Below are positions 41,568 through 53,008 of a stretch of 64,000 nucleotides of DNA, one piece after another; position 1 is the stretch's first letter, and the number at the start of each line of letters is the position of its first letter. A program made the translations under genes and the position numbers. The notes under the pieces were generated by a model. That model ran no database searches and was not told the DNA's origin. It saw only the letters and a program-made list of their open reading frames with translations. Origin of the DNA: Pseudogymnoascus verrucosus (Eukaryota); NCBI GenBank assembly GCA_001662655.1, contig KV460225.1; one strand, 5' to 3'.

Positions 41568-42046
41568 TGACTTGGTGAAAAGGACATATTCAGCACAAGC
41601 TAGCTCCTTCTTCTTAATGAAAAAATCGATATCTCTAATTACGGGTCTATGTACGGTTCAGTATCCATAAACTTCGCCATCATAGCGAGCATAGTTCAAC
41701 AGTATCCACCTAGTATTAGTGACAGGAGCTGTTCTTCGAAGGCCACCTGCTAACCAGTCTCATAATTTCGAACGCAATATATTTGCCAGTCAACTCTCAA
41801 GGTAGGATATTTAGCTTACTCTAGTATTAGTATTACTTACTGATGATATTACGGAGAAGTTCCTCTGATTATCGAGGCTGATAGCGAAGATGAAAGAGAG
41901 AACGAAGCTGATGGGTCTTCCTGACTCTTTACCGGAATCACTATATTCCCATCTTCGTCCCCCTCATTGCGCTGAGATATTGTACCGTCTTTCGCGTGAA
42001 TGTAGACCCCCGTCCATTCATTCCAAGCGGTCAATAAGCCCGCGGA

Positions 42047-43815
42047 TTAAATATTTGGAACAGTATCCGATATTGCAGTACCCTCGAATGCGTGTCGAAG
42101 GCGGATATCATAATCCTCTCTATCTGACATTTTCTTCATCCCGACTTTAACGTAGTCTTCTGCCCAGTACCATGGCATAATCAGTTCGAAATTGTCATGA
42201 CCCGTAGTATGCATAATGAACCTAGGTTGGATCTGTTTGTAGAATAGTCGAAAAATACCTGTTGGGCTGGCAAGGGCAAGCGTATACCAAAATATTCCCT
42301 TATCCCAGTTCAGCTTCATTGCAGCTGACAGCAGCGGCTTCCCATCGTAATTACAAGAGGCGGGACTTTGAGCTTGTTCCTCTTCCGCCGTGAATTTGTC
42401 CATAAATTCTGCCCGGACCTTATCATACTCTTCGTGCCCTTCCTCAGCAATCTCATCGCAAGCCTTGCTCGTGAGCCAGGTCGGAGTCCGAAACATATCT
42501 AGTGGCCGGGTGCTTGCCCACTCAAGATCCACAAGTGAGGTGATGTTCCAGTTTTTATCAACGAAGAGGTTGCTCTGGTGAAGATCCGTTAAGGTGAAAA
42601 GAAAAGGTCCACGGCGACATTCCCACTTAAAAAATGATGGCAGTACTGTCCTCATTGCCGTTAACGCTGATGTCTAATAGATATAATCACCTACACCCTT
42701 TATTGCGTTTAGCTGATGTCGTAGTCGATTATCATGGATGCTAATGATACTCATCGCGTATGAATCCGCTGTAGAATAAGTCTAGTCTTGGGGTATATCT
42801 GTCGGAATTTCCTCGTTTTCTAGCTCGAAAATTTCAACACTGGCCTATTTGCCAAGCGCAAGAACCCGTCACGGTCAATTATGAAAGATCTAATTTTAGG
42901 TAGGGGAGTCCGTGCCATACTGAGCATTATCCAGGAGAGATCGTGAAAGAGGTTGTTGCGTAGCCTACTGTCATCCCGCTTTTCCTGAAGATATGCATAG
43001 GCGCCTGCCTCACATCGAATCTTTTCGTCTCCATTCCCAGGCCGAAAGGCTTCCCCAACACGATATGGGAGAGGAAATCTAATTAGAACACGCCGTCCAG
43101 GCTGTTCCTTCCCTTCCCAGGGGCTAATTGTGACTGGAATGCAAACATTGAAGCTACTTGTTCCCCTCCCCCCTCCAGTATGTGCATCTCGGTTGAGAAT
43201 CCGTTCGCTCATCGAACGCTCATAAATCCCCTACGTCTAACCTATCGCAAAAGAGAACAGAGTCCACACAGCTAATGTAGAAGAATTTTATACCGTCAAA
43301 CCGCCATCACCATCCGGCCGTCAGTCAAGCACACACCACCATATAACCCTTCCCCAACCTAGAACTTCCACATACGACCATAGACTCAAGAGAATTGGGC
43401 ATCCCGTCCGCTCTGCCATACACAAGCTTGAGATCGGTGGATTAGTAGTTGGGTGGGTGACCACCAGCGAATACCCACTGTTGTATGTTATTTTTGTCAT
43501 TTTTGTCATTTTTGCCCCCCACCAGGGGGGAAGCTGTAACAATGACGGATAGAGGTTAGGTGATGGGATTACTTGGGATTTTTTGTGCCAACATGACGTT
43601 TGGGTCTTAACATCAGCTACCTGGCATAAAGTAGGCAACCTTAGATTTAGGTGATGCGCAACGATAGCTTTAATCCAACTGCGCTTGTTGTTAATGTGGT
43701 TAAAGAATTTGACTTCTTCGGCTGGATATCGTAGGCGATGAAGGATATTGACCTCTTCATCTTTAGCAGTCGAGTATGTGATCTCTCCACGAGAAAGAGG
43801 CAATGCCCTCGGCAT
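42047..43815 (-). pseudogene. APH/phosphotransferase-like kinase pseudogene split by a 5S-containing insertion
   Basis: 5' part ends near CQVADVKT (~43604) and resumes at SFNVCIPV..IRFPLPYRVGE..DEKIRCEAG (~43157). DLHQSNLFVD..LVDLEWA kinase-like motif. In-frame TAG stops at 42782-42784 and 42674-42676, plus a frameshift. Confidence 0.85.
43370..43488 (+). rRNA. 5S rRNA, intact
   Basis: 119 nt ACATACGACCATAG...CTGTTGTATGT with paired termini, a T-run terminator after it, and TATA-like ATATAA about 30 nt upstream. Confidence 0.96.
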
Positions 43816-44411
43816 TATGAAGTGGTAAGGAGCTGAAGAGGGCAGACATCAGTGCACTTCGAAATAGGGACATAGTAAACAAAAGTCGAGGTCACGTTCT
43901 GTTTGTATGTGGCTTGTAATGTTGTGGCTAGTTGTCTCCTTAATTCTCATAGACACGTGATCATAATGAATAGGCGTGAATAATTTTGCGAGGATATGTC
44001 GTCGGTGACTGTTGGCGATCTCACTAAATTTTATATAATTCTGAAGTGCAGTTTAGTTCGAATGTTGGTCTTCCTTTTCCCATCTCCCGCCGTTTTGAAA
44101 TATCACCTTTTCGTAATAGAGTCTCCTTCATACCGCGTCCAAGGAAAATCACCGAATCACGACATGGGTAAACAAAGGGATCATAATTTAATATTTAACA
44201 TGCCAATGCTCATTTTTTCTCTCACGCCAAGAAGCCAGATTGATATCATCGAATAAGACGCCTTTTGCTGAAATGTATGCCATGAATATCTAGACCCTAC
44301 ATGCCGGCATCCTCGGTACACAGTAGCCCAAGGCGACTGATGTATACATAGGACTTTCTTTCAAATAGCTCATTCCCGCCCATTCCTGCCCTTCTCCCAG
44401 CCATACGCAAT

Positions 44412-45386
44412 CTAAGCCTTGGTGGCAGTGCGCATGGACGAAGCGCGACGCTTGCGGAGATCGGCCTTCTCGGCCTTGACGTCGTGGACACGCTTGGCGA
44501 GGATGGCGGCGTACTCAGACTAGCATATCATTAGTATAGCGTTCTTGCAGTGTATATATATATTGGAATACTCACAGCAGCATCCTTGGTCCTCTCGGAG
44601 TTGCGGCGCTTGAGCGCAATGCGGTGACGCTTGTGCTGGAGGCGTTGTGGGGTAACCAGGCGCTGGATCTTTGGTGCCTTGGTGTATGCCTTCTTGCCCT
44701 CGCCCTTAGGTTGGACCTCGCGGCGAATGACGAACTTGCGGACCTATAGTTGAAAATTCCGTTAGCGTGGGTTCTGCTCACACTCTGTACCGTTTGCACG
44801 GACAGGCGATGAAGATGGACAAACGTACATCATCATCCTTGGTGAGGCCGAAGAACTTGCGGATCTTGGTGGCGCGCTTGGGGCCAAGACGCTTGGGGTG
44901 GACGGTGTCGGTGACGCCTGGGATGTCGGCATCGCCCTGCTTGACGATGGAGAGAGCAAGGACGGAAAGATCCATGGCGACGATGCAACCGCGGACGGAC
45001 TTGCGCTTGCGCTCACCGGTACGGCGGGGGCGGTAGCAAGAGTGTCCATCGGAGAGGAGAAGGCGGACACGGGTTGGGTGCATGACACCCTGCTTCATGG
45101 GGAAACCCTGCTTGTCGTTGCCTCCGGTGATCTTGAAGATGTAGCCCTTGAACTCATCTCCGACGGAGTCTCCGGGAACCTCAGCGCCCATACGCCTGTT
45201 ATATGTTAGATTCGTTCGTTCCAATGAGATTCGAAATATCGTACTTCTCCATGAAGACACGGAGTCTGCGCTCGTCGTCGATCTCGACCATCTTCTGGCT
45301 GCCATTGGCAGGCTATCGGAACGTCAGTATATCGTCCATTTGGTCTGAATAGCATTTGCGCATACGTATGAGATGTTAAGCTTCAT
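44412..45386 (-). CDS. RPS6: 40S ribosomal protein S6 (eS6)
   Basis: [50 protein letters not shown], and C-terminal RRASSMR; 4 introns. Confidence 0.97.
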
Positions 45387-45784
45387 GGCCGGCTAAAGAA
45401 TTTGTCGAAAGGCCGGTGGTTGTTGATGAGGTCGCGATCGGGATCAAACAAGAAGGGAATCAATTTTGCGAAATTCGTGTGTGTGCTCGCATTTTGCGCT
45501 AGTTGTGGGAATAAGCGAGCCAAATTTCGGAGCTAATGTTGTGGGCTAGTGGTGGATTTGGTAAGGGCTGAAAAGAAATGACTAAGCAAAATAGTGGGTA
45601 GCTCTTTCCACTTTGGTTTTTCCGTCGTGACTATGGGGATATTTGAGATATTTTGGCAATTTTAGATAGGAAGGCAATTGAGAGTCCAGGATATTTGAGA
45701 GGATACCTTACTTTCAGTAATTTCTTATAAATCAAACTGGTTTGCCTATTGGAGTGATTTTAGACAGAGTAATTTAGTCACTTT

Positions 45785-45820
45785 ACGCGCTTGGAGTCGC
45801 TTAACGCGTCTCGTCGCGTC
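45785..45820. promoter_or_regulatory. MCB-like (ACGCGT) element cluster upstream of CTF8
   Basis: ACGCGT at 45804-45809 flanked by ACGCG and CGCGT partial sites. MBF control of S-phase genes is established in fungi. Confidence 0.55.
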
Positions 45821-45955
45821 CAACTATATCAAGAGGCACAGCAATTATAACCAGATCCACAAAGTTATAGCACATGTTCATCTTGTATATTCTCAGAATA
45901 AAATGATATAATTCAATTTCAAAGAAGAAACAGATAAGCTCAAAAATCCGCAAAA

Positions 45956-46444
45956 ATGGCTACGAAAGTGGCCCTCTACCCGTCACCAAAAGCCCTCGAG
46001 AAGCCCTTGGAGAATCCATTACCCCAGCTACTCCAGACACCATCCGGGCTTGCTCTGCTAGAGATGCAGGGGACGATCAACACACCCTCTCCTCCTACTC
46101 AAGATGAAGACGACGAGTCAAACCAGCCGGGAAGCTATGAAACACCAATCGGGCGCCTTGTCTTCCCAGACTACGAGCCAGGGACATCAGAAGGCGGAGC
46201 GTGGCAGAAACGCGTCTATCTCTATGTAGGCATGCATCAGCGTCTCACGGGAGAGGTCAAGAAACTTTCAAAAGCTATTGCTATTATTCGGAAACGTGCG
46301 CCGTCTGAAACCGAGAACACTTCGAAGGAGGGGCAGGGCGTTGAAGAGCTGGAGATTGTGGAGATTGTGAAGTGGAAGATCATCTTCTCGAACCGGCCAG
46401 AACCAGTGGGGACTGCTGTTGTGGACGTTGTTGTTGACGCTTGA
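45956..46444 (+). CDS. CTF8: Chromosome transmission fidelity protein 8
   Basis: LALLEMQGTI, YLYVGMHQRLTGEVKKL, and IVKWKIIFSNRPEPV. Confidence 0.9.
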   Translation: MATKVALYPSPKALEKPLENPLPQLLQTPSGLALLEMQGTINTPSPPTQDEDDESNQPGSYETPIGRLVFPDYEPGTSEGGAWQKRVYLYVGMHQRLTGEVKKLSKAIAIIRKRAPSETENTSKEGQGVEELEIVEIVKWKIIFSNRPEPVGTAVVDVVVDA

Positions 46445-46937
46445 GAGACGTTCTTGCAGGTGGATTTTACGCCAAAGAATGGATATCAGGGCAGCTGTAT
46501 TCAGTAAGGGTCGTGGTACCCTAACGCATCAGCTGAGGGCAAAGGGTGGCTCAGGTATCAAGCACGCTTGCAATGCGAATTACGGTGGCAATACGCGCTG
46601 CAACTTCATGCAAAGAATAGGTCGCGCCGCTGCCTTTAGCCACATGGCAGCAGTTCTTGAGTGGCTAGGGAAAGGAATGCCTTGGGAAGTGCCACAGGCG
46701 TATCTCTTGTGAAATAGATTGATGGGCTTGGTATCAGTGGTGTAGAAAGAAAAATATTGTCAATATACCCTTGAATTATTTGAATTAATTATATATGCCT
46801 GCTTTATCTACCGTATTTTGTAATTGTGAGCGAAAAAGATAAATGATACCCCACCTCCCCAAATCCCCCACCGTCCGGTCACAACACATCACAGCACAGC
46901 ATGGCAGTATTAAGTTCCCGACATACACATAATAATC

Positions 46938-47056
46938 ACATACGACCATAGACTCAAGAGAATTGGGCATCCCGTCCGCTCTGCCATACACAAGCTTGAG
47001 ATCGGTGGATTAGTAGTTGGGTGGGTGACCACCAGCGAATACCCACTGTTGTATGT
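46938..47056 (+). rRNA. 5S rRNA, intact
   Basis: Identical to the copy at 43370-43488 and followed by a TTTT terminator. Confidence 0.96.
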
Positions 47057-47138
47057 TTTTGCCTTTATTTTCCTTTTTTTGCTGTGTAATTTTGTAGTGT
47101 GCAGGCGGTATTTATACTTGTTGGGAGTAATCATCGTC

Positions 47139-47218
47139 ACAGTAAATACAGTAAATAGAGTATATAGATCAAATATTTTTACTACACTATCCTACAGGCC
47201 TACGTATTCTACTTATAG
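47139..47218 (+). repeat. ~80-bp motif, copy 1, shared with 52841-52918
   Basis: ACAGTAAATACAGTAAATAGAGTATATAGATCAA...CTACAGGCCTACGTA..TAG. Confidence 0.8.
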
Positions 47219-48199
47219 GCCGAACCCCGCACGGAAGAGAGGAGAGGCAGCGTTCAGTCTTCGTATCAATACAGGATTCTACGTAATAGCCCAAAGCCCC
47301 GTGACCCCCTACTGCCCTGTTCATATTGAAGATCCTTACAGCTGCACCACCGGCAATTCTGACCCATTTGGGAGTCGGACTTTGCGCCGGAGAAACCTTC
47401 GGTTTCAGGGTCAATAGCCCACTGTACCCCAGCGCCCAAGTCCTTCTCCCTCCAAGAATACTTCGCGTACGACAAATAGCTAGTGACCCCTTGGTATGCA
47501 TTCATCGAAAGGTAGAACTTGGGGTGTTGATGTGGTGGGTCATGGAGTTGGGCACAGATATTACCGGAGAGGCCCGCGATGCATAAGCGCCGCTGAATTA
47601 ATATAGCCAATGACGAGGTACGATAGCAAGCCAACAAGAGCGACTGGACAGGACTCAAGGACAGACAAATAATTGGTTTCATTTTGTCTCATGCTGTGAT
47701 TCAAATAACTACGAATAGCGCTTGCTCGTAAGTACTAATGGGACATAAGTGCCAGAGATGTCCTACGAGGAGTTGGAAGGGTCTAGCCATAGTCTATAGC
47801 TCCTTCTGTGCTTTATTTAGCATTACAGAAAGCAACTCCATCCATCTTTAAGTGGTTGCTTTAACACCAATAGCCCACTTAAGTTGGATTATAGGCGCCA
47901 ACTGATACTACCCACTTAAACAACTTGCATGGATCGCGCATTTTTCCTATCGCTACATGCAGTATGCTCCGTACTAGGTAAGTCTCTGTTGGAGTAGGGG
48001 GGCGAACTGGTGTTACAGCTGACCCCTCCTTCTACATGTTGGTTGGGGGCCAATCTCGCCATATCAACGTCTGCCGTGCAATATGAAGGTGTTGGAAACC
48101 TCCATCTTTTGTTGCATTTGCGAATATCACAGCCATATATTGCTGCACAGATTTCCAACGACGAAGTCCTTTCTGGACAGCCCACTTTGCACTTGAAAC

Positions 48200-51100
48200 A
48201 TGTCCAATTCCTTTCCAGAACGCAAGATATTACCCGTAAGGTCAAGAAGAAGCCTTGGAAGGGAACGACGAAGCGTTTCGAATAGCGACCAAGGTCAACT
48301 TTCAACACCACCGATTTTTGGAAATCCTCTGCGCATCACGCAACCTCCAGAGATCTCGCCTGCTTCTGATAACCTCTCTCCACCAGTGTCTCTAGAGCAT
48401 GAGATCTTGCCTATGCGATTGAGAAGGAGCCTTGATCAGGCGGGAGAGCGACAAGATCCTATTTCAACATTGGGGGCTTCCGCAAATTCCCAGCGTGTCG
48501 AGCGAACTATAGAAGTCGCCCCAGCTTCTAGCGACCTCTCTCCACCGAGATCTGACTCTGCGGTTGCATCTAATGTCACACCTAGCAATGCAGGATTTCT
48601 CTCTTCTAGTTATGAGGGTAACGACTTCGCTTTTAAAGGCCTTGACTTTGGAAGACAGCCCACTCTCCAGCTCGATGCAATGAGACCCTCACCAATTCCG
48701 GACTCACAGACTCGGTCTAGCGATCTGTCTTTGCCAATTCTGTCCGGGCTCGAACCAGAGGACCCTCAGTCTTTGCATATCTTGTTTTCTGACGAAAAGA
48801 TAGCTGTTTCTACTGAGAACGAGGGTCTCGGAATGCCAATACCTGTTTTACTCAATGGGGACTCGGCTTCCGCTGAGTGTGGCCCATCGACTCCGCCGCG
48901 GAGGCGGACTTCTCTCTTTAGTCAAATGTCAGAGCTAGGTACAAGTCCATCCCTGTACCCACACCAGCGAAGTGTATCGGTCTCTTCTAGTATAAGCGAT
49001 GTCAGCTATTACAACGATCCCACTAGCCCTTATGATGTCGGAAGTGAGGAGCCGCCATTGGAACCCTTCTTCGCCTCACCTTTTCAAACAGCGTTGCAAA
49101 AAGGACTTGATATTGCAAAGGATGCAGCCGACGCGATGGAGACGGCGGGGCAATCTCTAGTGGCAGGGGGCGATCTTCAAAGGCTAATTAATGATGCTAA
49201 GGAGTTGAGTACGTTTAAAAGCTCTGAAACGAGAACCATCGCCGTTCTAGGAGATTCGGGTGAAGGTAAGAATGAGCCGTTAAATTATGCTGCATAGGTC
49301 TGATATTCTTCTAGGAAAGAGTAGTCTCATTAACTCTCTTCTTCACTTTCCAAATATCGCTAAAACAGTAAGTACATATCTTATAACGGGCGTTTCTAAA
49401 TCTAAACCTAACAATCCGACAGGGAGATATTGGTGCAGCCTGTACTTCAGTTGTTACTGAATATAGGCAGAAGACAACGGACCATTTGGCGCCTATTACA
49501 ATTGAGGTTGAGTACCTCTCTATGGGCGAAATTGAAGATCTAATCAAGGAACTGGTCTGGAACTACCGCCAGATGTATCTTCCACACACTGAAGGTGATA
49601 GCGTTTCTGAAAATGAATACGCTACAATGCAACGCGAATCGGAACAAGCATGGTCCTCACTTGAGGCAGGATTTAGCCACCAGCCTAGCTTTAACAAAGC
49701 TATGCTTATAAATGATATATCCGAAGCTGGGCTGTCTATAGCGAATAGCCAATTAGTTCAATGGGCGTATGAGCTTAATTGGCCAGATAGTGGAGAGAAT
49801 GGAAAGTGGACATCAACAGCAGATACTGCAGATGAATGTTGTGAGAAGACAAGTGTATTTATGGAAGATAGGTTTTGGCCATTTACAAAAATCATCCGGT
49901 AAAGTTTTCCATCATACTCTATCATTTATTAGCCTCTAATTGAGTATCGATAGTGTTTATCTTCAAGCAGACGTCTTAAAGACTGGTATTATTCTTGCCG
50001 ACTTGCCAGGTTTGTAGCTTAGGTTTGTAAATGCAGTCACAGATTAACTAACAAAACATATAGGTCTACATGATACAAATCTAGCAAGAGTAAAAGCAAC
50101 GCAGGACTATCTTTTAAGATGCAACTATATCTTCATCGTTGCAAAGATCTCTCGAGCAATCACAGATCAGTCATTGAAATCATCCCTCTATTCTATCTTA
50201 TCTCGGCATGCTGAGTTGGAATGGGAGGAGTCCGCTGGGAAAAGCATGAAAGTTGCTGTTGTCTGCACTAAGTCAGAGGTTGTAGTCTACTACAAAATTA
50301 AATTTAGAGGGTATGGCTTACACATAACTAGGATATTAATGTGAAGGCGGCACGACAAGAGTTTTGTGGCCCAAACAAGAGCATACCACAAGGAGTGATG
50401 ACGAAACTTGATGAAGATATCAAGGAAGCAAAAGCGCAGCGCAATAAAGCCCTTAAGAAACACTTAAAGCGAAAGTATGAAAGACTGGGTATGCTTGAGA
50501 CTAGACTACTAACCTTTTTATAGGCAACAATTGCTTCTTATTAGCGCTCGCAATACGCACGTTAAAGAAGGTCTACAGCGGGCCTATTCCTCAAAGGTCC
50601 CGAATGGAGGGCTAGAGGTATTTTGCGTCTCTAACACAACATACGGGAAGTATACAATAAAGGGTAATGTTGAAATGGTTCAAGCTAGTGGTATACCAGA
50701 GCTTCGACGATTCTGCTACACCATGACCGCCCATGCGCAGTTACTTGAAGCAAGGCATTTCCTTTCTTCAATGTTGTCGAGTCTTCTAAATTCAGCTGAG
50801 CTTTTAGCGACTAAACCTACAGAATCTCAACAACCCACAGAGACTGGGTTAGACGAATCTATGCTTCTCGCCGTTAATAATGGAAAAACGGAGGTTAGTC
50901 ATATTATTTATTCGATATTGAGGTCGGCTAACCTTCGGAGACATTGAGGGCAGTCTCTCAGTCCAAAAGCGAATTCCAGGACACCTTTCGGGAGCTGGTT
51001 CTTATGCTTCTAGGTGAGTTTGTTTAAAGCTGTTGTAGGTTAAGGGGCTACCTGCCTAACTTTATTCAAGACAAGCAAAGCGAGGTTTGGGAAACTGTGG

Positions 51101-52198
51101 CGAAACAAAATAGTGCAAGTTGGAACAATGTAATATCCATCTCTCATTCACAGCAGTCCGAATTCTAACTCAGCATAGTGGCATTGGAGTAATGTCTCTA
51201 AATAGTGCACAACTTTATGTACACAGGCTGATTTAGCTCGTGTAGCTCAGTATAATGCCTGGTGCAGACACGATGGTTACCACTACACGGAAAAGCGGGG
51301 GAAAGTCAATTGGAACGCTGAACTCATCTGGAAAATGAGGATGGAGATGGCATTCCAATGGGAGACATTAGAAGAAGACATTCCAACGCTGTTTAAAGAT
51401 TTGTTACAGTCCGCTAAAGCACCGCTACTGGCCTTGCAGTCAGAGATGAGAGGTAAGTTGATAGAGATTAGTTTTCTGCGGTAAAATAGCTGACATTCTA
51501 GTGAAGAAAAATGCTTCAGCCCTTTGCTCGTTGAAGGAATTGACTTCAGAATTCAAAGTTTGACATATAGATGCAGTCTAGCAGAGCAGAATTTTGCAAA
51601 GGAAGTCAAGTAAGTTTTATTGTGCCCTTGCAAACTTCGATACCTCTTAAAGCCTCGCTTGGCCAAGGACCCTTTACTTACACCAACGAGGATTACTCGC
51701 AGTAAAGCATCAGAGCCGAATGAATCCTCCTATATTTTCGCAGAGATGGTTCCAGCTTACCGATCAGCAGCCAATGAATATGGTGAGTATACCTACCCAG
51801 GTAGACTATTAAGACACTATTATCATCTAAATCGACTTCAACCTTATGCTGATGTCTCTTTTGTGGCAGGCACCGGCAAAGCAGCTCGTCAACGAAATAC
51901 CGTGCAAGGACGAATCACGAACGGCACCTTATTTCCCAACATCTCGACGGCGATAAAGCGGGAAATTGAAACCGCGGCCAAGACAACTTTCGATAGCGTA
52001 CTGAAATCATTAGAGTCAGACTTTGCTTTAATTGAGAACGATGTTACGATGGCGTTGGCTTCTGCGCCGCAGCAGTCTGGCGACAGAGAGGACGTGGCCT
52101 GCGAAGAGGAGGAAAGACGGAGAGGAGAGTTGGCTGGTGCAGTAAGGGGCCTCAAGAGACAGCACGCCGAAGTACTTGCGAGCATTGCAGATATATGA
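48200..52198 (+). CDS. Dynamin-like / SLIP-GC-like P-loop GTPase, many exons
   Basis: Spliced G1 IAVLGDSGEGKSSLINSLL; GAACTSVVTEY; FWPFTKIIRVY; G3 LADLPGLHDTN; G4-like VVCTKSE; SGIPELRRFC; YNAWCRHDG..WNAELIWKMR. Long low-complexity N-terminus, so the start is uncertain. Confidence 0.85.
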
Positions 52199-52552
52199 AC
52201 GCGAGAGCAAATAGCTAGATAGCATTTATATCACGATTATTTTATTTTATTATATAACGTGACGTATGGGTATCTCGCGCATATAGGGATCTCGCGCACT
52301 TTACCCTACTACCTTAGCTTCTAACTCTTATTACTACTAACCATGGGCTATAAACGTGAAACTCCTGAGGCCTATTCTAAAGATGATATACAAAAGGCAA
52401 TAACAAGCTGGAAAGAGAAAAAATTCCGATTTATTCTTGCTACTGCCTGCGGGAGTGTTTAGACCTCGCTGTCTCCCTGCATACTGTACCATGTTTCTAC
52501 ATGTGTTGTCCACGTAATCGTGGTTATAATGTGGTATGGGTAGTAATCTACC

Positions 52553-52613
52553 ACATACGACCATAGACTCAAGAGAATTGGGCATCCCGTCCGCTCTGCC
52601 ATACACAAGCTTG
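52553..52613 (+). pseudogene. Truncated 5S rRNA (nt 1-61 only)
   Basis: Identical to the other 5S copies through ...CACAAGCTTG and then diverges. The 3' half is absent from the rest of the window. Confidence 0.92.
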
Positions 52614-52840
52614 TAGTTCAGTGGATCGATGCTCTCAATCGTGCCAATAGGCATAGCGTGGAATCTGAGCCACGTAAACTGAGCCCCAAAAAAGTGCAGA
52701 GGTGCCACATCAAGACCACAAGTAGCTACAGCAGGTGTGTTGGGGGGAGGACCGGAATACGGGGACCACCACACGAATTGTGCAGTGTCTTCGATGGCCG
52801 GAACTTCTTCACTTTGGCGCAACAGAACAGAAGGCTTCAA

Positions 52841-52918
52841 ACAGTAAATACGGTATATAGAATCTATAGATCAATTGAATTACTACCTAATCTACGGGCC
52901 TACGTACGCTATTTGTAG
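52841..52918 (+). repeat. ~80-bp motif, copy 2
   Basis: ACAGTAAATACGGTATATAGAATCTATAGATCAA...CTACGGGCCTACGTA..TAG. Confidence 0.8.
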
Positions 52919-53008
52919 TCCTGGGGGAATCCCCCAAAACCCTGACAAGCTGAGCTCTCCGGGCTCAGCTGGGTTAGGATCAGTGGCTCCCAATAGTATG
53001 GCGCCACT

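Noticed and set aside
43321..43500. ORFs translating YNSGYSLVVTHPTTNPP, also at 46.9 kb and partly at 52.6 kb
   Set aside because: Antisense translations of 5S rRNA, not proteins
52614..52700. TAGTTCAGTGG as a tRNA box A, implying a tRNA or 5S-tRNA SINE
   Set aside because: No box B (GTTCGA), cloverleaf or SINE tail is visible; better explained as 5S-target mimicry
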